Positions 1 through 10,259 of a stretch of 35,605 nucleotides of DNA are shown one piece after another; the first letter of the stretch is position 1, and every line of letters begins with the position of its first letter. This DNA is from Prochlorococcus sp. AG-686-P16 (GTDB lineage Bacteria > Cyanobacteriota > Cyanobacteriia > PCC-6307 > Cyanobiaceae): assembly GCA_003208695.1 (NCBI GenBank), contig QCVY01000001.1, forward strand, positions 1 through 35,605, written 5' to 3'. Below the pieces are notes generated by a model. That model worked only from the letters and a program-made list of their open reading frames with translations. It ran no database searches and was not told the origin of the DNA. A program made the position numbers and the translations under genes.

Positions 1-241
1 ATCTAATTGCTGTAATCATCCCATCACCGTCAAAGGGATGATGAACCCATTGACCTCCTCTTTCTAATATACCTGGACCGTTTCTGAATAAAGTTCCATT
101 TAATTCATCAATATTCACCCCTTTTGTTGTATTTAAGGGTTCATTTGTTAATTCTTTTTCAACATTTTTGTATGCACTAGACCAATCTTCTTTTTTAAAA
201 GCTTGATTATTATGAATTTGTTTTTCTTGAATATAAGTCAC
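1..241 (-). CDS. Carotenoid oxygenase family protein (apocarotenoid/lignostilbene dioxygenase-like), N-terminal part; runs off the window start
   Basis: Manual translation from GTG at 241 gives MTYIQEKQ...DWSSAYKNVEKE...LNGTLFRNGPGILERGGQWVHHPFDGDGMITAIR. The GTLxRNGPG and HPFDGDGM motifs are typical of the RPE65/carotenoid oxygenase family. Not in the ORF track. Confidence 0.88.
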   Translation of the reverse strand, partial: MTYIQEKQIHNNQAFKKEDWSSAYKNVEKELTNEPLNTTKGVNIDELNGTLFRNGPGILERGGQWVHHPFDGDGMITAIR

Positions 242-321
242 TTTAAAATTTTAACTTCATTTATTTTCGCCAAAAATAAATTAAATTGTGGCTAATTCAA
301 AAAAATACTGAATTTAACTAT

Positions 322-927
322 CTAATCACTTTCTAACATTCCTTTACTACTTGGGATAGTTCCAGATCTCCTGATATCTATTTCAGAAGCCATTCTCATT
401 GCTCTTGAAAAGGCTTTAAAACATGCCTCAACTATATGATGAGAATTTGTGCCTTGTATTTGATTGATATGAAGAGTGATTCCACTATTATTTACGAAAG
501 CAATAAAAAATTCTCTTACTAATTCAGTATCATAATTCCCAATTCTTGGTGCTTTTAATTTGAGATCATAGGATAAATGAGGCCTACCTGAACAATCTAA
601 TGTTACTTGAACTAAAGCCTCATCTAAAGGTGCAAAAAAATGTCCAAATCTGTTTATTCCTTTTCTTTCTCCTAGAGCTTTAGTAAAGGCTTTCCCAAGA
701 GCAATGCCTACATCTTCATTTGTATGATGGTCATCAATATGTGTATCTCCAATAGCTTTTATTTTTAAATCAAATAATCCATGACTAGATATTTGATGCA
801 ACATATGATCTAAAAAAGGTATACCAGTATCAATTTCAGAAATTCCATTGCCATCTATATTAAGAAAAATATAAATATCTGTTTCATTTGTTTTCCTTTT
901 AATTTCAGCTTGTCTTGAGGATGACAT
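322..927 (-). CDS. hisB: Imidazoleglycerol-phosphate dehydratase
   Basis: Motifs [39 protein letters not shown] and the C-terminal IPSSKG. Confidence 0.97.
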   Translation of the reverse strand: MSSSRQAEIKRKTNETDIYIFLNIDGNGISEIDTGIPFLDHMLHQISSHGLFDLKIKAIGDTHIDDHHTNEDVGIALGKAFTKALGERKGINRFGHFFAPLDEALVQVTLDCSGRPHLSYDLKLKAPRIGNYDTELVREFFIAFVNNSGITLHINQIQGTNSHHIVEACFKAFSRAMRMASEIDIRRSGTIPSSKGMLESD

Positions 928-948
928 TTTATTTGTTTAAATTTTAAT

Positions 949-1731
949 TTACATTCCATTAATGCAATAGCCTGCATCAACATAAATAGTTTGGCCTGAT
1001 ATGCCACTTGAAAGATCACTTAAAAGAAAAGCAGCTGTATTTCCTACTTCTGTTTGAGTAACTGTTCTTCGTAGGGGAGCTTTTTCTTCAACATTATGGA
1101 TCATATCCAAAATGCCACCTATTGCAGAACTCGCAAGTGTTCTAATTGGACCAGCACTTATTGCATTTACTCTTACTTGCTTTTCTGGGCCTAGTTCTGC
1201 AGAAAGGTATCTTACTGAAGCCTCCAAAGCTGCCTTTGCTACACCCATGACATTGTAGTTAGGTATAGCTCTCTCAGATCCTAAATAAGTTAAAGAAACT
1301 ACCCCAGCACCTTCACTGAAAAGTGGTTTTGCTGCCTTGCAAAGAGGTGCTAAAGAATAAGCACTAATGTTTAAAGCTCTATCAAAACCTTCGGAGGAAG
1401 TCGCACTATAATCTCCGATTAATTCGTCACGACCTGCGAATGCAAGACAATGAACTAACCCATCAATTTGTCCCCAATTGTTTTTAATATTTTCAAAAAT
1501 TTCTTCAATTTGAGAAGGATTTTGAACATCAAGTGGGAGAAATAATGATGGCTCTAAATCTTTGGTTAATTCTCTAACTTTTGATTCAAATCTCCCTTTT
1601 TCATCAGGTAAATAAGTAATTCCGAGTTCAGCGCCAGCTTTTGAAAGTTGTTGAGCTATTCCCCATGCTATTGAACGATTGTTGGCAATTCCAGTAACTA
1701 GAATTTTTTTGCCAGTTAAATTTAGAAGCAT
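949..1731 (-). CDS. fabI: Enoyl-ACP reductase (NADH)
   Basis: GIANNRSIAWGIA, YNVMGVAKAALE and VNAISAGPIRTLAS. Confidence 0.97.
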   Translation of the reverse strand: MLLNLTGKKILVTGIANNRSIAWGIAQQLSKAGAELGITYLPDEKGRFESKVRELTKDLEPSLFLPLDVQNPSQIEEIFENIKNNWGQIDGLVHCLAFAGRDELIGDYSATSSEGFDRALNISAYSLAPLCKAAKPLFSEGAGVVSLTYLGSERAIPNYNVMGVAKAALEASVRYLSAELGPEKQVRVNAISAGPIRTLASSAIGGILDMIHNVEEKAPLRRTVTQTEVGNTAAFLLSDLSSGISGQTIYVDAGYCINGM

Positions 1732-1834
1732 TTGATTTCTTATTTATATAATTGTCCTACAAAAAGTATACTTCTTTGCGAATTACTGCAAAATATACAA
1801 TAAATTTCAACTATAAAGAATATTTTTTTTAGGC

Positions 1835-2428
1835 ATGGTTAAAACAAATTCAATGTTTTTGGAACTAGGGACTCAATTACCTTCTTTCGAAATGATTAAT
1901 ACCAATTCATCTAATCAAGAAAACTATAATTTATCCAAACTAGATAATAGGCATTTACTTTTAATGTTTATTTGTGCCCATTGCCCTTTTGTGAAATATA
2001 TCGAAAATCATATTTCAGTTTTAAGTAGTGATATTGAGGACAAGGTTCAAACTATCGCAATTTCAAGTAATGATATTGTTACTCATCCTTCAGATTCTCC
2101 AGATTGTTTAAGAAACCAAGCTCAATTACAAGGTTGGAGTTTTCCTTATCTTTATGATGAAAGTCAAGTTTTTGCTAAAGAGTTAAAGGCTGCATGTACA
2201 CCTGATTTTTATCTTTTCTCAAATACTGGAAATAGAAAATTTTCTCTTTTTTATCATGGACAACTTGATAGTAGTAGACCTAGTAACGATATTTCTATCA
2301 CTGGTGAAGATTTACGTGCGGCTGTTAAAGACTTAAATAAAAATAGTGATTATCCTAATCCTCAACAACCATCGCTTGGATGTAATATAAAATGGACCTT
2401 AGGTAAAGAGCCTGATTGGTTTAAATGA
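1835..2428 (+). CDS. Thioredoxin-fold redoxin (AhpC/TSA-like, PRX-like family)
   Basis: FICAHCPFV CxxC motif, AACTPDFYLF and C-terminal GCNIKW. Confidence 0.88.
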   Translation: MVKTNSMFLELGTQLPSFEMINTNSSNQENYNLSKLDNRHLLLMFICAHCPFVKYIENHISVLSSDIEDKVQTIAISSNDIVTHPSDSPDCLRNQAQLQGWSFPYLYDESQVFAKELKAACTPDFYLFSNTGNRKFSLFYHGQLDSSRPSNDISITGEDLRAAVKDLNKNSDYPNPQQPSLGCNIKWTLGKEPDWFK

Positions 2429-2475
2429 ATTAAATATAATATTTATCCCAGTGAAAAACGTTTAAAGCTAATATT

Positions 2476-3687
2476 ATGAATATGCAAATACCTCCATTTA
2501 CATTAGAACGACAGTTCCAGGAAATCGGCTCTGATATTGAGGAGGCGGTAATGAAAGTTCTTCATGGTGGACAATATATAGGGGGTCAAGAGATTGCTGA
2601 ATTTGAAGAGAATTTTGCATCTCTCATTGGGGTTAATCATGCTGTTGGTTGTAATAGTGGAACTGATGCTTTAATACTTGCTTTACGTGCTTTAGATATT
2701 GGCAAAGGAGATGAAGTGATTACTTCTTCTTTCAGCTTTTTCGCAACTGCTGAAGCTATAAGTTCTGTAGGAGCTAATCCGGTTTTAGTTGATATTAATC
2801 CAAATGATTATTTAATTAATATTGATTTAATTGAGGGAGAAATTAACTCTAATACCAAGGCAATAATGCCAGTCCATTTATTTGGTAATGCTGTAAATAT
2901 GAAGTCAATAAAAGCATTAGCTAATAAATATGATTTGAAAATAATTGAGGATTGCGCGCAGGCAACTTGTACTATGTGGGGAAATTCTAAAGTAGGAAGT
3001 ATTGGAGATATAGGATGCTTTAGCTTTTTCCCAACTAAGAATTTAGGAGCTGCTGGAGATGGAGGGGCAGTTACAACTTCAGATCAAAATATTGCAAAAA
3101 AGGTTAGAGAGTTGTCAGTTCATGGAAGTCCTAAAAGGTATCACCATACTCAAATAGGTTACAATAGTAGACTGGATACTCTACAAGCAGCTGTTTTAAA
3201 TATCAAGATAAAATCCATATCAAAATGGATAAGTAATCGTAAAAAAATAGCCAACAATTATCTTGATTTACTAGAAAAAAATAGTTTTATTCATTTACCC
3301 AAGTTTGATTTTGACCATGTTTCTCATTCTTGGAATCAATTCGTGATCAAATTAAAAAATTATAATTACGATATAAATAATGATTATTCGGAATTATTTG
3401 AAACTGATTTCAACAAAAATAATTCTTTAAGAAATTTATTGAAACTAAGACTTTCAGAAAAAGGAATCAATTCTATTATTTATTATCCAATACCAATTCA
3501 TGCACAAATAGCCTACAAAAATCAAAATTTTTCTAGAGAAAAACTTATTAATACAGAAAGAGTTTGTACTGAAGTACTTAGTCTCCCAATGTATCCAGAA
3601 ATTTCTTACGAAGAACAAGTTTATGTATCAGAAAATCTAAATATTATTTTAAAAAATTGTATAAATGAACTTCAGATTTGTGCGTAA
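2476..3687 (+). CDS. DegT/DnrJ/EryC1/StrS PLP-dependent aminotransferase
   Basis: NSGTDAL, IMPVHLFG, IEDCAQA, FSFFPTKNLGAAGDGG (PLP lysine) and GYNSRLD. Confidence 0.93.
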   Translation: MNMQIPPFTLERQFQEIGSDIEEAVMKVLHGGQYIGGQEIAEFEENFASLIGVNHAVGCNSGTDALILALRALDIGKGDEVITSSFSFFATAEAISSVGANPVLVDINPNDYLINIDLIEGEINSNTKAIMPVHLFGNAVNMKSIKALANKYDLKIIEDCAQATCTMWGNSKVGSIGDIGCFSFFPTKNLGAAGDGGAVTTSDQNIAKKVRELSVHGSPKRYHHTQIGYNSRLDTLQAAVLNIKIKSISKWISNRKKIANNYLDLLEKNSFIHLPKFDFDHVSHSWNQFVIKLKNYNYDINNDYSELFETDFNKNNSLRNLLKLRLSEKGINSIIYYPIPIHAQIAYKNQNFSREKLINTERVCTEVLSLPMYPEISYEEQVYVSENLNIILKNCINELQICA

Positions 3688-5108
3688 AGATCCTTAAAAA
3701 GTCTTTGCTGAATATTGTGATTAACTAAAGCCTCTGAATAATTATTTTTTTCCAAATCAGATATCTCACCATTAAGGATATCTGCATTAGAAACCTTGGA
3801 TAATTCAGGAATCCAGAATTTAATATATTTGCAGACAGGATCAAATTTTTTTGTTTGAGTATAAGGATTAAAAATTCTTAATGGTTTTGGATCCATACCA
3901 CTGCTTGCACTCCACTGCCAACCTCCATTATTTGCGGCTAAGTCACCATCAACCAATACCTTCATGAATTTTTCTTCACCCATTTGCCAATTGCAAATAA
4001 GATCTTTTACTAGAAATGAAGCCACTATCATTCGACACCTATTATGCATCCAACCAGAACTATTAAGTTGCCTCATTGCTGCATCTATAATAGGAACTCC
4101 AGTTTGTCCATCGCTCCATCGAGTAAACCATTCATGATTATTTTGCCAAGGGAAAAGGTCCCATTTTTTTCTATAGGGTCCTTTCTCTAATTCTGGAAAA
4201 TTGAATAAGCAATGTTGATAAAATTCTCTCCAAACTAATTCTTTCTGCCAAGTTTCTATTGATAGTTGATTGTTTTTATTTATATTTATTAATTCAGGAA
4301 ATAATGTTGCATTCCAAACTTTTCGTATACTTATAGTCCCAAATCTCAATGAAGCACTAAGGAAAGATGTTCCATTCTGAGATGGAAAGTCTCTTGAAGA
4401 TTCGTACGATCTGATTTTATCTTGGAAAATAAATTGATCTAATAATTTTTCTGCAGCAAGCTCTCCTGGTTTGCAAGGACATAATTCAACTCCAGCAAAA
4501 TTTATATTTTTTTGAAATCGATCTAATATTAAACTTGATGTATCAATTTTCTTTTTTTCTTTAACTCCTACCTCTAAATCTTTTAAATTACAAATTTTAT
4601 TGAAACTTTTTTTCGAGTTTAATAAATTAATTTTCGACTTTAATTTCTTGTAAAATGGGCCATAAACTGAATATGGTGTGTTACTTCCAGTGAAAATTTG
4701 AGAAGGCTCTATTAATAGGTGATCCCATACTTCTATAGATTCAATATTAAATTTTTTTAAACTATTTTTTATTTCTAAATCCCGATTAATTTCATAAGGT
4801 TCTATTGCTTTATTCCAAACAACAAACTTAGCATCAATTAATTTTGCTAATTTAGGTATCAAGATTAAGGGATTACCCTCATCTATAATCAATCGACTTC
4901 CGAGATTTTCCCAATTGTTACTTAGCTCTTGGAGTGAATTCCCAAGAAACCATGCTCTAGATTTTGCATTGAAGTCGTAAGAATAATATTGATCTAAAAT
5001 ATACGTTGAAGTAATAGCATTTGATAAAGAAAATGCTTTTTTCAAAGCATTATTATCATAAATTCGTAGGTCTTTTCTATGCCAAAAAAGTATTCTAGGG
5101 TTATTCAT
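3672..5108 (-). CDS. phrB: CPD DNA photolyase (class I)
   Basis: WHRKDLRIYDN, TSFLSASLRFG, ELVWREFY, GWMHNRCRMIVASFL and NNGGWQWSASSGMD. Confidence 0.92.
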   Translation of the reverse strand: MNNPRILFWHRKDLRIYDNNALKKAFSLSNAITSTYILDQYYSYDFNAKSRAWFLGNSLQELSNNWENLGSRLIIDEGNPLILIPKLAKLIDAKFVVWNKAIEPYEINRDLEIKNSLKKFNIESIEVWDHLLIEPSQIFTGSNTPYSVYGPFYKKLKSKINLLNSKKSFNKICNLKDLEVGVKEKKKIDTSSLILDRFQKNINFAGVELCPCKPGELAAEKLLDQFIFQDKIRSYESSRDFPSQNGTSFLSASLRFGTISIRKVWNATLFPELININKNNQLSIETWQKELVWREFYQHCLFNFPELEKGPYRKKWDLFPWQNNHEWFTRWSDGQTGVPIIDAAMRQLNSSGWMHNRCRMIVASFLVKDLICNWQMGEEKFMKVLVDGDLAANNGGWQWSASSGMDPKPLRIFNPYTQTKKFDPVCKYIKFWIPELSKVSNADILNGEISDLEKNNYSEALVNHNIQQRLFKDLYAQI

Positions 5109-5668
5109 TAAATTCCCAAAAATTGCTTTGCTCTAAACCAAGCTGTGACAGTTTTTGCATCCAGAATTTCATTATTACTAGAAATTAAATTATCTAAATT
5201 TTCAGGTTCCATAAGTAAAACTTCTATATCTTCATCTAAATCTCCTTTTACCTTATTTTTTAATTTGCTTAAATCGCGTGCAAGAAATAAATGAATCACC
5301 TCATCTGAATATCCAGGAGCATTAACGAGAGCACCTAGTTCATCCCATTTTTCTGCTTTATATCCAGACTCTTCCTGTATTTCTCTTTTGATTGAGTTTA
5401 TTGGGGTCTCTCCTATTTCTAAAGTACCTGCCGGAAATTCAAGTAAATATCTTGATACAGCAAATCTATATTGGCGCAAAAGTATAACTTTATTTTCTTT
5501 TGTTATTGGTACAGCTAATGCAGCGTTTGGGAATATTATTTGTCCATATTCATCTTCATGTCCATTGGGGAGTTCAATTCTATTTATTTCAAAACTAAAT
5601 TTTTTTGTTCTTAACTTAGATATTTTTTCTTTTAAAATGGCTTTTTTGAAGTGAATTTTATCTTCCAT
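5108..5668 (-). CDS. Nudix hydrolase (ADP-ribose pyrophosphatase-like)
   Basis: Nudix box GTLEIGETPINSIKREIQEESGY and RQYRFAV...LEFPAG. I chose the ATG at 5668 (MEDKI) because the track's start at 5743 overlaps folK. Confidence 0.88.
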   Translation of the reverse strand: MEDKIHFKKAILKEKISKLRTKKFSFEINRIELPNGHEDEYGQIIFPNAALAVPITKENKVILLRQYRFAVSRYLLEFPAGTLEIGETPINSIKREIQEESGYKAEKWDELGALVNAPGYSDEVIHLFLARDLSKLKNKVKGDLDEDIEVLLMEPENLDNLISSNNEILDAKTVTAWFRAKQFLGI

Positions 5669-5714
5669 AAACTTAAATAAAAATACCCTAACAGTTATTT
5701 TAGAATTTTGTAAA

Positions 5715-6281
5715 TTAATCAATAAGCCATCTTGGCTCTTCAATTTTTTTAATTGATTGTGTTCTGCTTAGGACCTCAGATAAAGGAGATATCACAAAAT
5801 TACGATTCATAAATCTTGGGTGAGGTAAAATTAATTCTTCATCTTTGAAACAAAAATCTTCCCACCATAAAATATCTAAATCTAAACATCTAGATATCCA
5901 TTCCATATTATTGAGAGTATTTTTTCTTCCAAAATTTCTTTCCATATTTTTCAGTTCTTTTAGAAGAAATTTTGCATTTTTTTTTGTTAGCTTTGGAAAA
6001 AACTTACTTTTTATTAAAAGAAGTGTATTTAAATAATTTGGCTGATCATCCTGAACTCCATGAGGACTTGTTTCATATATTGAAGACCAATAAAAAAATA
6101 TTTTTGATGATTCTATTTCTTTCTCAAAAGATTTAGATTGATTTATCCAACCCTTAATTAGGTTCTCTACTTTTGGTTTGCAAATTATTAATGATTCGAT
6201 AGGTTTACCATAATTACTATCAATATTTGCTCCTACAGATATACATAGTCCATTTTTGATATTAAGATTTGATAATTCCAC
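5715..6281 (-). CDS. folK: 2-amino-4-hydroxy-6-hydroxymethyldihydropteridine diphosphokinase
   Basis: [31 protein letters not shown] and [14 protein letters not shown]. Confidence 0.9.
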   Translation of the reverse strand: MELSNLNIKNGLCISVGANIDSNYGKPIESLIICKPKVENLIKGWINQSKSFEKEIESSKIFFYWSSIYETSPHGVQDDQPNYLNTLLLIKSKFFPKLTKKNAKFLLKELKNMERNFGRKNTLNNMEWISRCLDLDILWWEDFCFKDEELILPHPRFMNRNFVISPLSEVLSRTQSIKKIEEPRWLID

Positions 6282-6329
6282 TACAAAAAACTAAGTTATT
6301 GGATAAATTCTATATCAGAGATTTTTAAA

Positions 6330-8492
6330 GTGATTTTGGAACAGAAGTTAAAAGGAAAAGAAGACATAAAGGATTTAATGCAAAAGAAGGATTCGTTTAG
6401 AGCATTTCCATTGGCTGCAATTACAGGACACAGCTTATTAAAATTATCTTTACTTTTAGCAGCTGTGGATCCTAGCTTAGGAGGAGTTATCATTGCAGGG
6501 GGAAGGGGTACGGGCAAGTCGGTATTAGCAAGAGGTTTGCATTCCTTAATCCCACCGATAGAAATAATAGATAATGAATTAATGCTCGAGAAATTTATTG
6601 ATAATAAGAGTTCCTTCAGACCTATAAGTAGAAATTTAGATCCAACTAAACCTGAAGAATGGGATAAAAATATTAATCAATTATTAGCTAAAACTATAGG
6701 GATTGATTATCTTAATCAAATTGAAAGTATTCCAAGTAAAGTTGTACAGGCTCCATTTATTCAAGTTCCAATTGGAATTACGGAAGACAGACTCGTTGGA
6801 TCTATAGATGTTTCTGCTTCATTGAATACAGGTGAACAAGTTTTTCAGCCAGGAGTTTTGGCAGAGGCTCATAGGGGTGTTTTGTATGTTGACGATATTA
6901 ATTTATTGGATGATGGGATTGTAAATTTAATTCTTGAAGCTACTGGTAGAGAACAAAATAATATTGAAAGAGATGGATTAAGTCTTTCTCATCCTTGCAG
7001 ATCACTTTTGATCGCAACTTATAATCCCGAAGAAGGAGCTTTAAGAGATCATGTATTAGATCGATTTGCAATTGTTCTTTCTGCTAATCAATCTATAGAT
7101 AATGACCAAAGAGTTGAAATAACAAAGTCTGTATTATCTCATGCTGAAAATAATATAAAGTTTTCAGAAAAATGGTCCGAAGAATCTGATAATTTATCAA
7201 CCCAGTTAATTTTGGCTAGGCAATGGTTAAAGGATGTAAAAATTACTAAGGAACAAATAACTTATTTAGTAAATGAAGCTCTTAGAGGTGGAGTCGAAGG
7301 ACATAGATCTGAATTGTTTGCAGTAAAAGTTGCCAAAGCAAATGCTGCCCTTCGAGGAGATGAGAATGTTAATTCTGATGATTTAAAGGTTGCAGTAAGG
7401 TTGGTAATTCTTCCAAGAGCGACACAAATCCCCCCGCAGGATGATGATATTCAACCACCCCCACCTGAGGATCAGAGCCCACCACCCCCACAGTCAAATA
7501 ATGAAGATTCTGAACCTGAATCTAATGAAAATCAGGATAATCAAGAAGAAGAACAAGAAAATTCTGATGAAGAAGAAGATTCTACTCCTGATATCCCAGA
7601 AGAATTTATTCTTGATCCTGAATCATGTATGGTAGATCCTGATTTATTGCTTTTTTCATCAGCAAAATCAAAAGCAGGAAATAGTGGAAGTAGATCAGTA
7701 ATTCTAAGTCAAAGCAGAGGTAGATATGTCAGGCCTTTAATTCCAAGAGGTAAAGTAAAAAGAATTGCTGTTGATGCAACTCTAAGAGCCGCTGCTCCTT
7801 ATCAGAAATCTAGAAGATTAAAGAATCCTAATAAAACTATAATTATTGAAGAAAATGATTTTAGGGCAAAGCTCCTTCAAAAAAAGGCAGGAGCTTTGGT
7901 GATTTTTCTAGTTGATGCTAGTGGGTCTATGGCACTTAATAGAATGCAAAGTGCTAAAGGTGCAGTCATCAGACTTTTAACTGAGGCTTATGAAAATAGA
8001 GATGAAGTAGCTCTTATACCTTTTAGAGGAAATCAAGCAGAGGTTCTTTTGCCTCCAACAAGATCTATTACGGCAGCAAAAAGAAGGCTAGAAACTATGC
8101 CATGTGGAGGTGGATCTCCTTTAGCTCATGGGTTAACTCAATCAGCAAAAGTAGCAAAAAATGCTCTTTCTACAGGTGATATTGGTCAGGTTATTGTTGT
8201 TGGAATAACTGATGGGAGAGGAAATGTTCCTTTAGGTACATCATTAGGTCAAGCAGATGTTAAAGAAAATGAAAATGAAAATGTGAATTTGAAACAAGAA
8301 GTATTAGATATTGCAGCTAAATATCCGATGTTAGGAATAAAGTTGTTAATTATAGATACAGAAAGAAAATTTATAGCTAGTGGCTTTGGAAAAGAACTTG
8401 CTGAAGCTGCACAAGGGAAATATGTTCAATTGCCTAAAGCTAACGATAAGACAATTGCCGCCATGGCCTTAAATGCAATTAATGAATTTTAA
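6330..8492 (+). CDS. chlD: Magnesium chelatase subunit D
   Basis: AAA domain ([28 protein letters not shown]), a Pro/acidic linker and a C-terminal vWA domain with MIDAS motif DASGS. Confidence 0.96.
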   Translation: MILEQKLKGKEDIKDLMQKKDSFRAFPLAAITGHSLLKLSLLLAAVDPSLGGVIIAGGRGTGKSVLARGLHSLIPPIEIIDNELMLEKFIDNKSSFRPISRNLDPTKPEEWDKNINQLLAKTIGIDYLNQIESIPSKVVQAPFIQVPIGITEDRLVGSIDVSASLNTGEQVFQPGVLAEAHRGVLYVDDINLLDDGIVNLILEATGREQNNIERDGLSLSHPCRSLLIATYNPEEGALRDHVLDRFAIVLSANQSIDNDQRVEITKSVLSHAENNIKFSEKWSEESDNLSTQLILARQWLKDVKITKEQITYLVNEALRGGVEGHRSELFAVKVAKANAALRGDENVNSDDLKVAVRLVILPRATQIPPQDDDIQPPPPEDQSPPPPQSNNEDSEPESNENQDNQEEEQENSDEEEDSTPDIPEEFILDPESCMVDPDLLLFSSAKSKAGNSGSRSVILSQSRGRYVRPLIPRGKVKRIAVDATLRAAAPYQKSRRLKNPNKTIIIEENDFRAKLLQKKAGALVIFLVDASGSMALNRMQSAKGAVIRLLTEAYENRDEVALIPFRGNQAEVLLPPTRSITAAKRRLETMPCGGGSPLAHGLTQSAKVAKNALSTGDIGQVIVVGITDGRGNVPLGTSLGQADVKENENENVNLKQEVLDIAAKYPMLGIKLLIIDTERKFIASGFGKELAEAAQGKYVQLPKANDKTIAAMALNAINEF

Positions 8493-8497
8493 ATTTT

Positions 8498-9343
8498 TTA
8501 CGGGTAAATCTCATTCAGGAATTTTGATAGTCCAATTGTTAAATCTCTTATAGATTTAGTTAATTCTTTATCTCTCATTAATTGTTCAAAATCATCACTC
8601 ATGCTTTCAAATTTGCTTGATATTGATTCGGCAGCTGCAATTGTTAATTTAATATCTTTTAGAGTTTCCTCGTCATTGATAGTAGACAAAATATTATTTA
8701 AGTGACCTGCTGCTATGGTTACTTCTTCTATAAGAGGTTTAACTCTAATAATTTCTTGCTTTGATAAATAAATTAGCTCATCAAGATTTTCTTGTGTTTT
8801 ATCAAATTGGTCTATTGAATTAACCACATTTTCAATTAAATTTTCTTGATTTGATTCTTTAAGTATTTGATTTATCCTGTTTGTAATATTTGAAAGGCTC
8901 GATAGCTGCTTTCCAGTAATAGTGTCTCCTTCGCAAATAATTAATTTACTATCACATTTCTCTGACATGGCTTTTGCAGTATTCTTTGGAATTGTTTTTT
9001 CACTAGTTTCTAATGCAACTTGAACATCGCCCCCTAAAAATGAATTAGTAACAACTCTCGCAAATGTGGGTTTGGTAAGAATAATGTCTGGATTATTTAA
9101 AATAATTTTTGCTTTGATTGATTCATTAGTAAAAAGAATATCTTCTATTGAACCTACTAAGATCCCTCTGTAAGTTACTGGAGATTTTTTTGATAAACCG
9201 CTTGCGTTGTTAAACTCTGCAAAAAAATACCAATTTTTCGAAGACAGTTTTACACCTCTTAACCAGAATGAAAAAAATGTAAATACTAATAAACCTCCTA
9301 ACAAGGAAAATCCTACTATCGAATCTCTTAAGCTTCTACGCAT
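8498..9343 (-). CDS. MlaD/MCE family substrate-binding protein (TGD2/Ycf22-like)
   Basis: N-terminal TM helix, MCE motif F.NASGL...SPVTYRGILVG and a helical C-terminus; adjacent to an MlaF-like ATPase. Confidence 0.88.
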   Translation of the reverse strand: MRRSLRDSIVGFSLLGGLLVFTFFSFWLRGVKLSSKNWYFFAEFNNASGLSKKSPVTYRGILVGSIEDILFTNESIKAKIILNNPDIILTKPTFARVVTNSFLGGDVQVALETSEKTIPKNTAKAMSEKCDSKLIICEGDTITGKQLSSLSNITNRINQILKESNQENLIENVVNSIDQFDKTQENLDELIYLSKQEIIRVKPLIEEVTIAAGHLNNILSTINDEETLKDIKLTIAAAESISSKFESMSDDFEQLMRDKELTKSIRDLTIGLSKFLNEIYP

Positions 9344-9348
9344 AATTT

Positions 9349-10167
9349 TTAAAAGTCTTTTGGTTGCATTGGTCCTGCAAGTTTCCCATTTCTAAATTGA
9401 AAAACATAAGGATCATTACTCTCTTTAAATTCATCAATTGAACCAGCCCATCTGAATTTACCTCCATAGAGCATAACAACTTTTTCTGAAGTCCTTTCTA
9501 TAGTACTAAGAACATGGCTAACAACAATAGATGATCCATTGGCTTTATTATTTGTTTTATTAATTAAGTCTTCAATCCTTGATGATGCAATAGGGTCAAG
9601 ACCAGCAGTAGGTTCATCAAAAAGTAATAATGGCTGACTTTTTTTATCTAAATCTTGATCTGTAATCAATGCTCTCGCAAAACTTACTCTTTTTTGCATA
9701 CCACCACTTAATTCATTTGGAAGCTTTTTCTCAATATTAAATAATCCTACTTCTTCTAAACATTCTCTTACGATTTCTTGAATGAATTTATTGGATAAAT
9801 TTTTATTCTTTTGAAGTATGAATCCTACATTTTCTTCAATAGTTAAAGATCCTAATAAAGCAGGATTCTGAAAAACTAATCTTACATCTGGAGGATTAGT
9901 TTGATCTAATCTTAAGTAAGTTTGTTTTTGACCAAATATGCTTAATTCACCCGCAGTGGGCAAGATCAAACCTGCCAAGATTTTTAATATAGTTGATTTT
10001 CCAGAACCTGAAGGGCCAACAATAGCTAATTTTTCTCCCTCATAAAGTTTTAAATTGATTTTATTTAGTACATTAAGTTCTCCCCAACTAATAGAGAGAT
10101 TATTGGATTCAACGGCATATTTTGATTTTTTCAAAATTAATATAGAGCAATTTGTCTTTAAATACAT
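9349..10167 (-). CDS. ABC transporter ATP-binding protein (MlaF/TGD3-like)
   Basis: GPSGSGKS, LSGGMQKRVSFARA and DEPTAGLDPIAS. The true start may be the TTG at 10134. Confidence 0.9.
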   Translation of the reverse strand: MYLKTNCSILILKKSKYAVESNNLSISWGELNVLNKINLKLYEGEKLAIVGPSGSGKSTILKILAGLILPTAGELSIFGQKQTYLRLDQTNPPDVRLVFQNPALLGSLTIEENVGFILQKNKNLSNKFIQEIVRECLEEVGLFNIEKKLPNELSGGMQKRVSFARALITDQDLDKKSQPLLLFDEPTAGLDPIASSRIEDLINKTNNKANGSSIVVSHVLSTIERTSEKVVMLYGGKFRWAGSIDEFKESNDPYVFQFRNGKLAGPMQPKDF

Positions 10168-10259
10168 TTTGCCTACTTTTTAAGAATAAAAAAAGGATGT
10201 ATGTATTTCATTTATAATCTATTTAAGTATATTTAAATTTAAAAAAATTTAAGAGGATT

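Noticed and set aside
7430-7610. Low-complexity Pro/Glu/Asp/Asn repeat-like DNA (CCACCC, GAAGAA runs)
   Set aside because: This is the known proline-rich acidic linker of ChlD, not a repeat element.
8498-10167. MlaD/MlaF-like pair lacking a permease
   Set aside because: The MlaE-type permease is commonly encoded elsewhere in cyanobacteria, so this is not evidence of a novel system.
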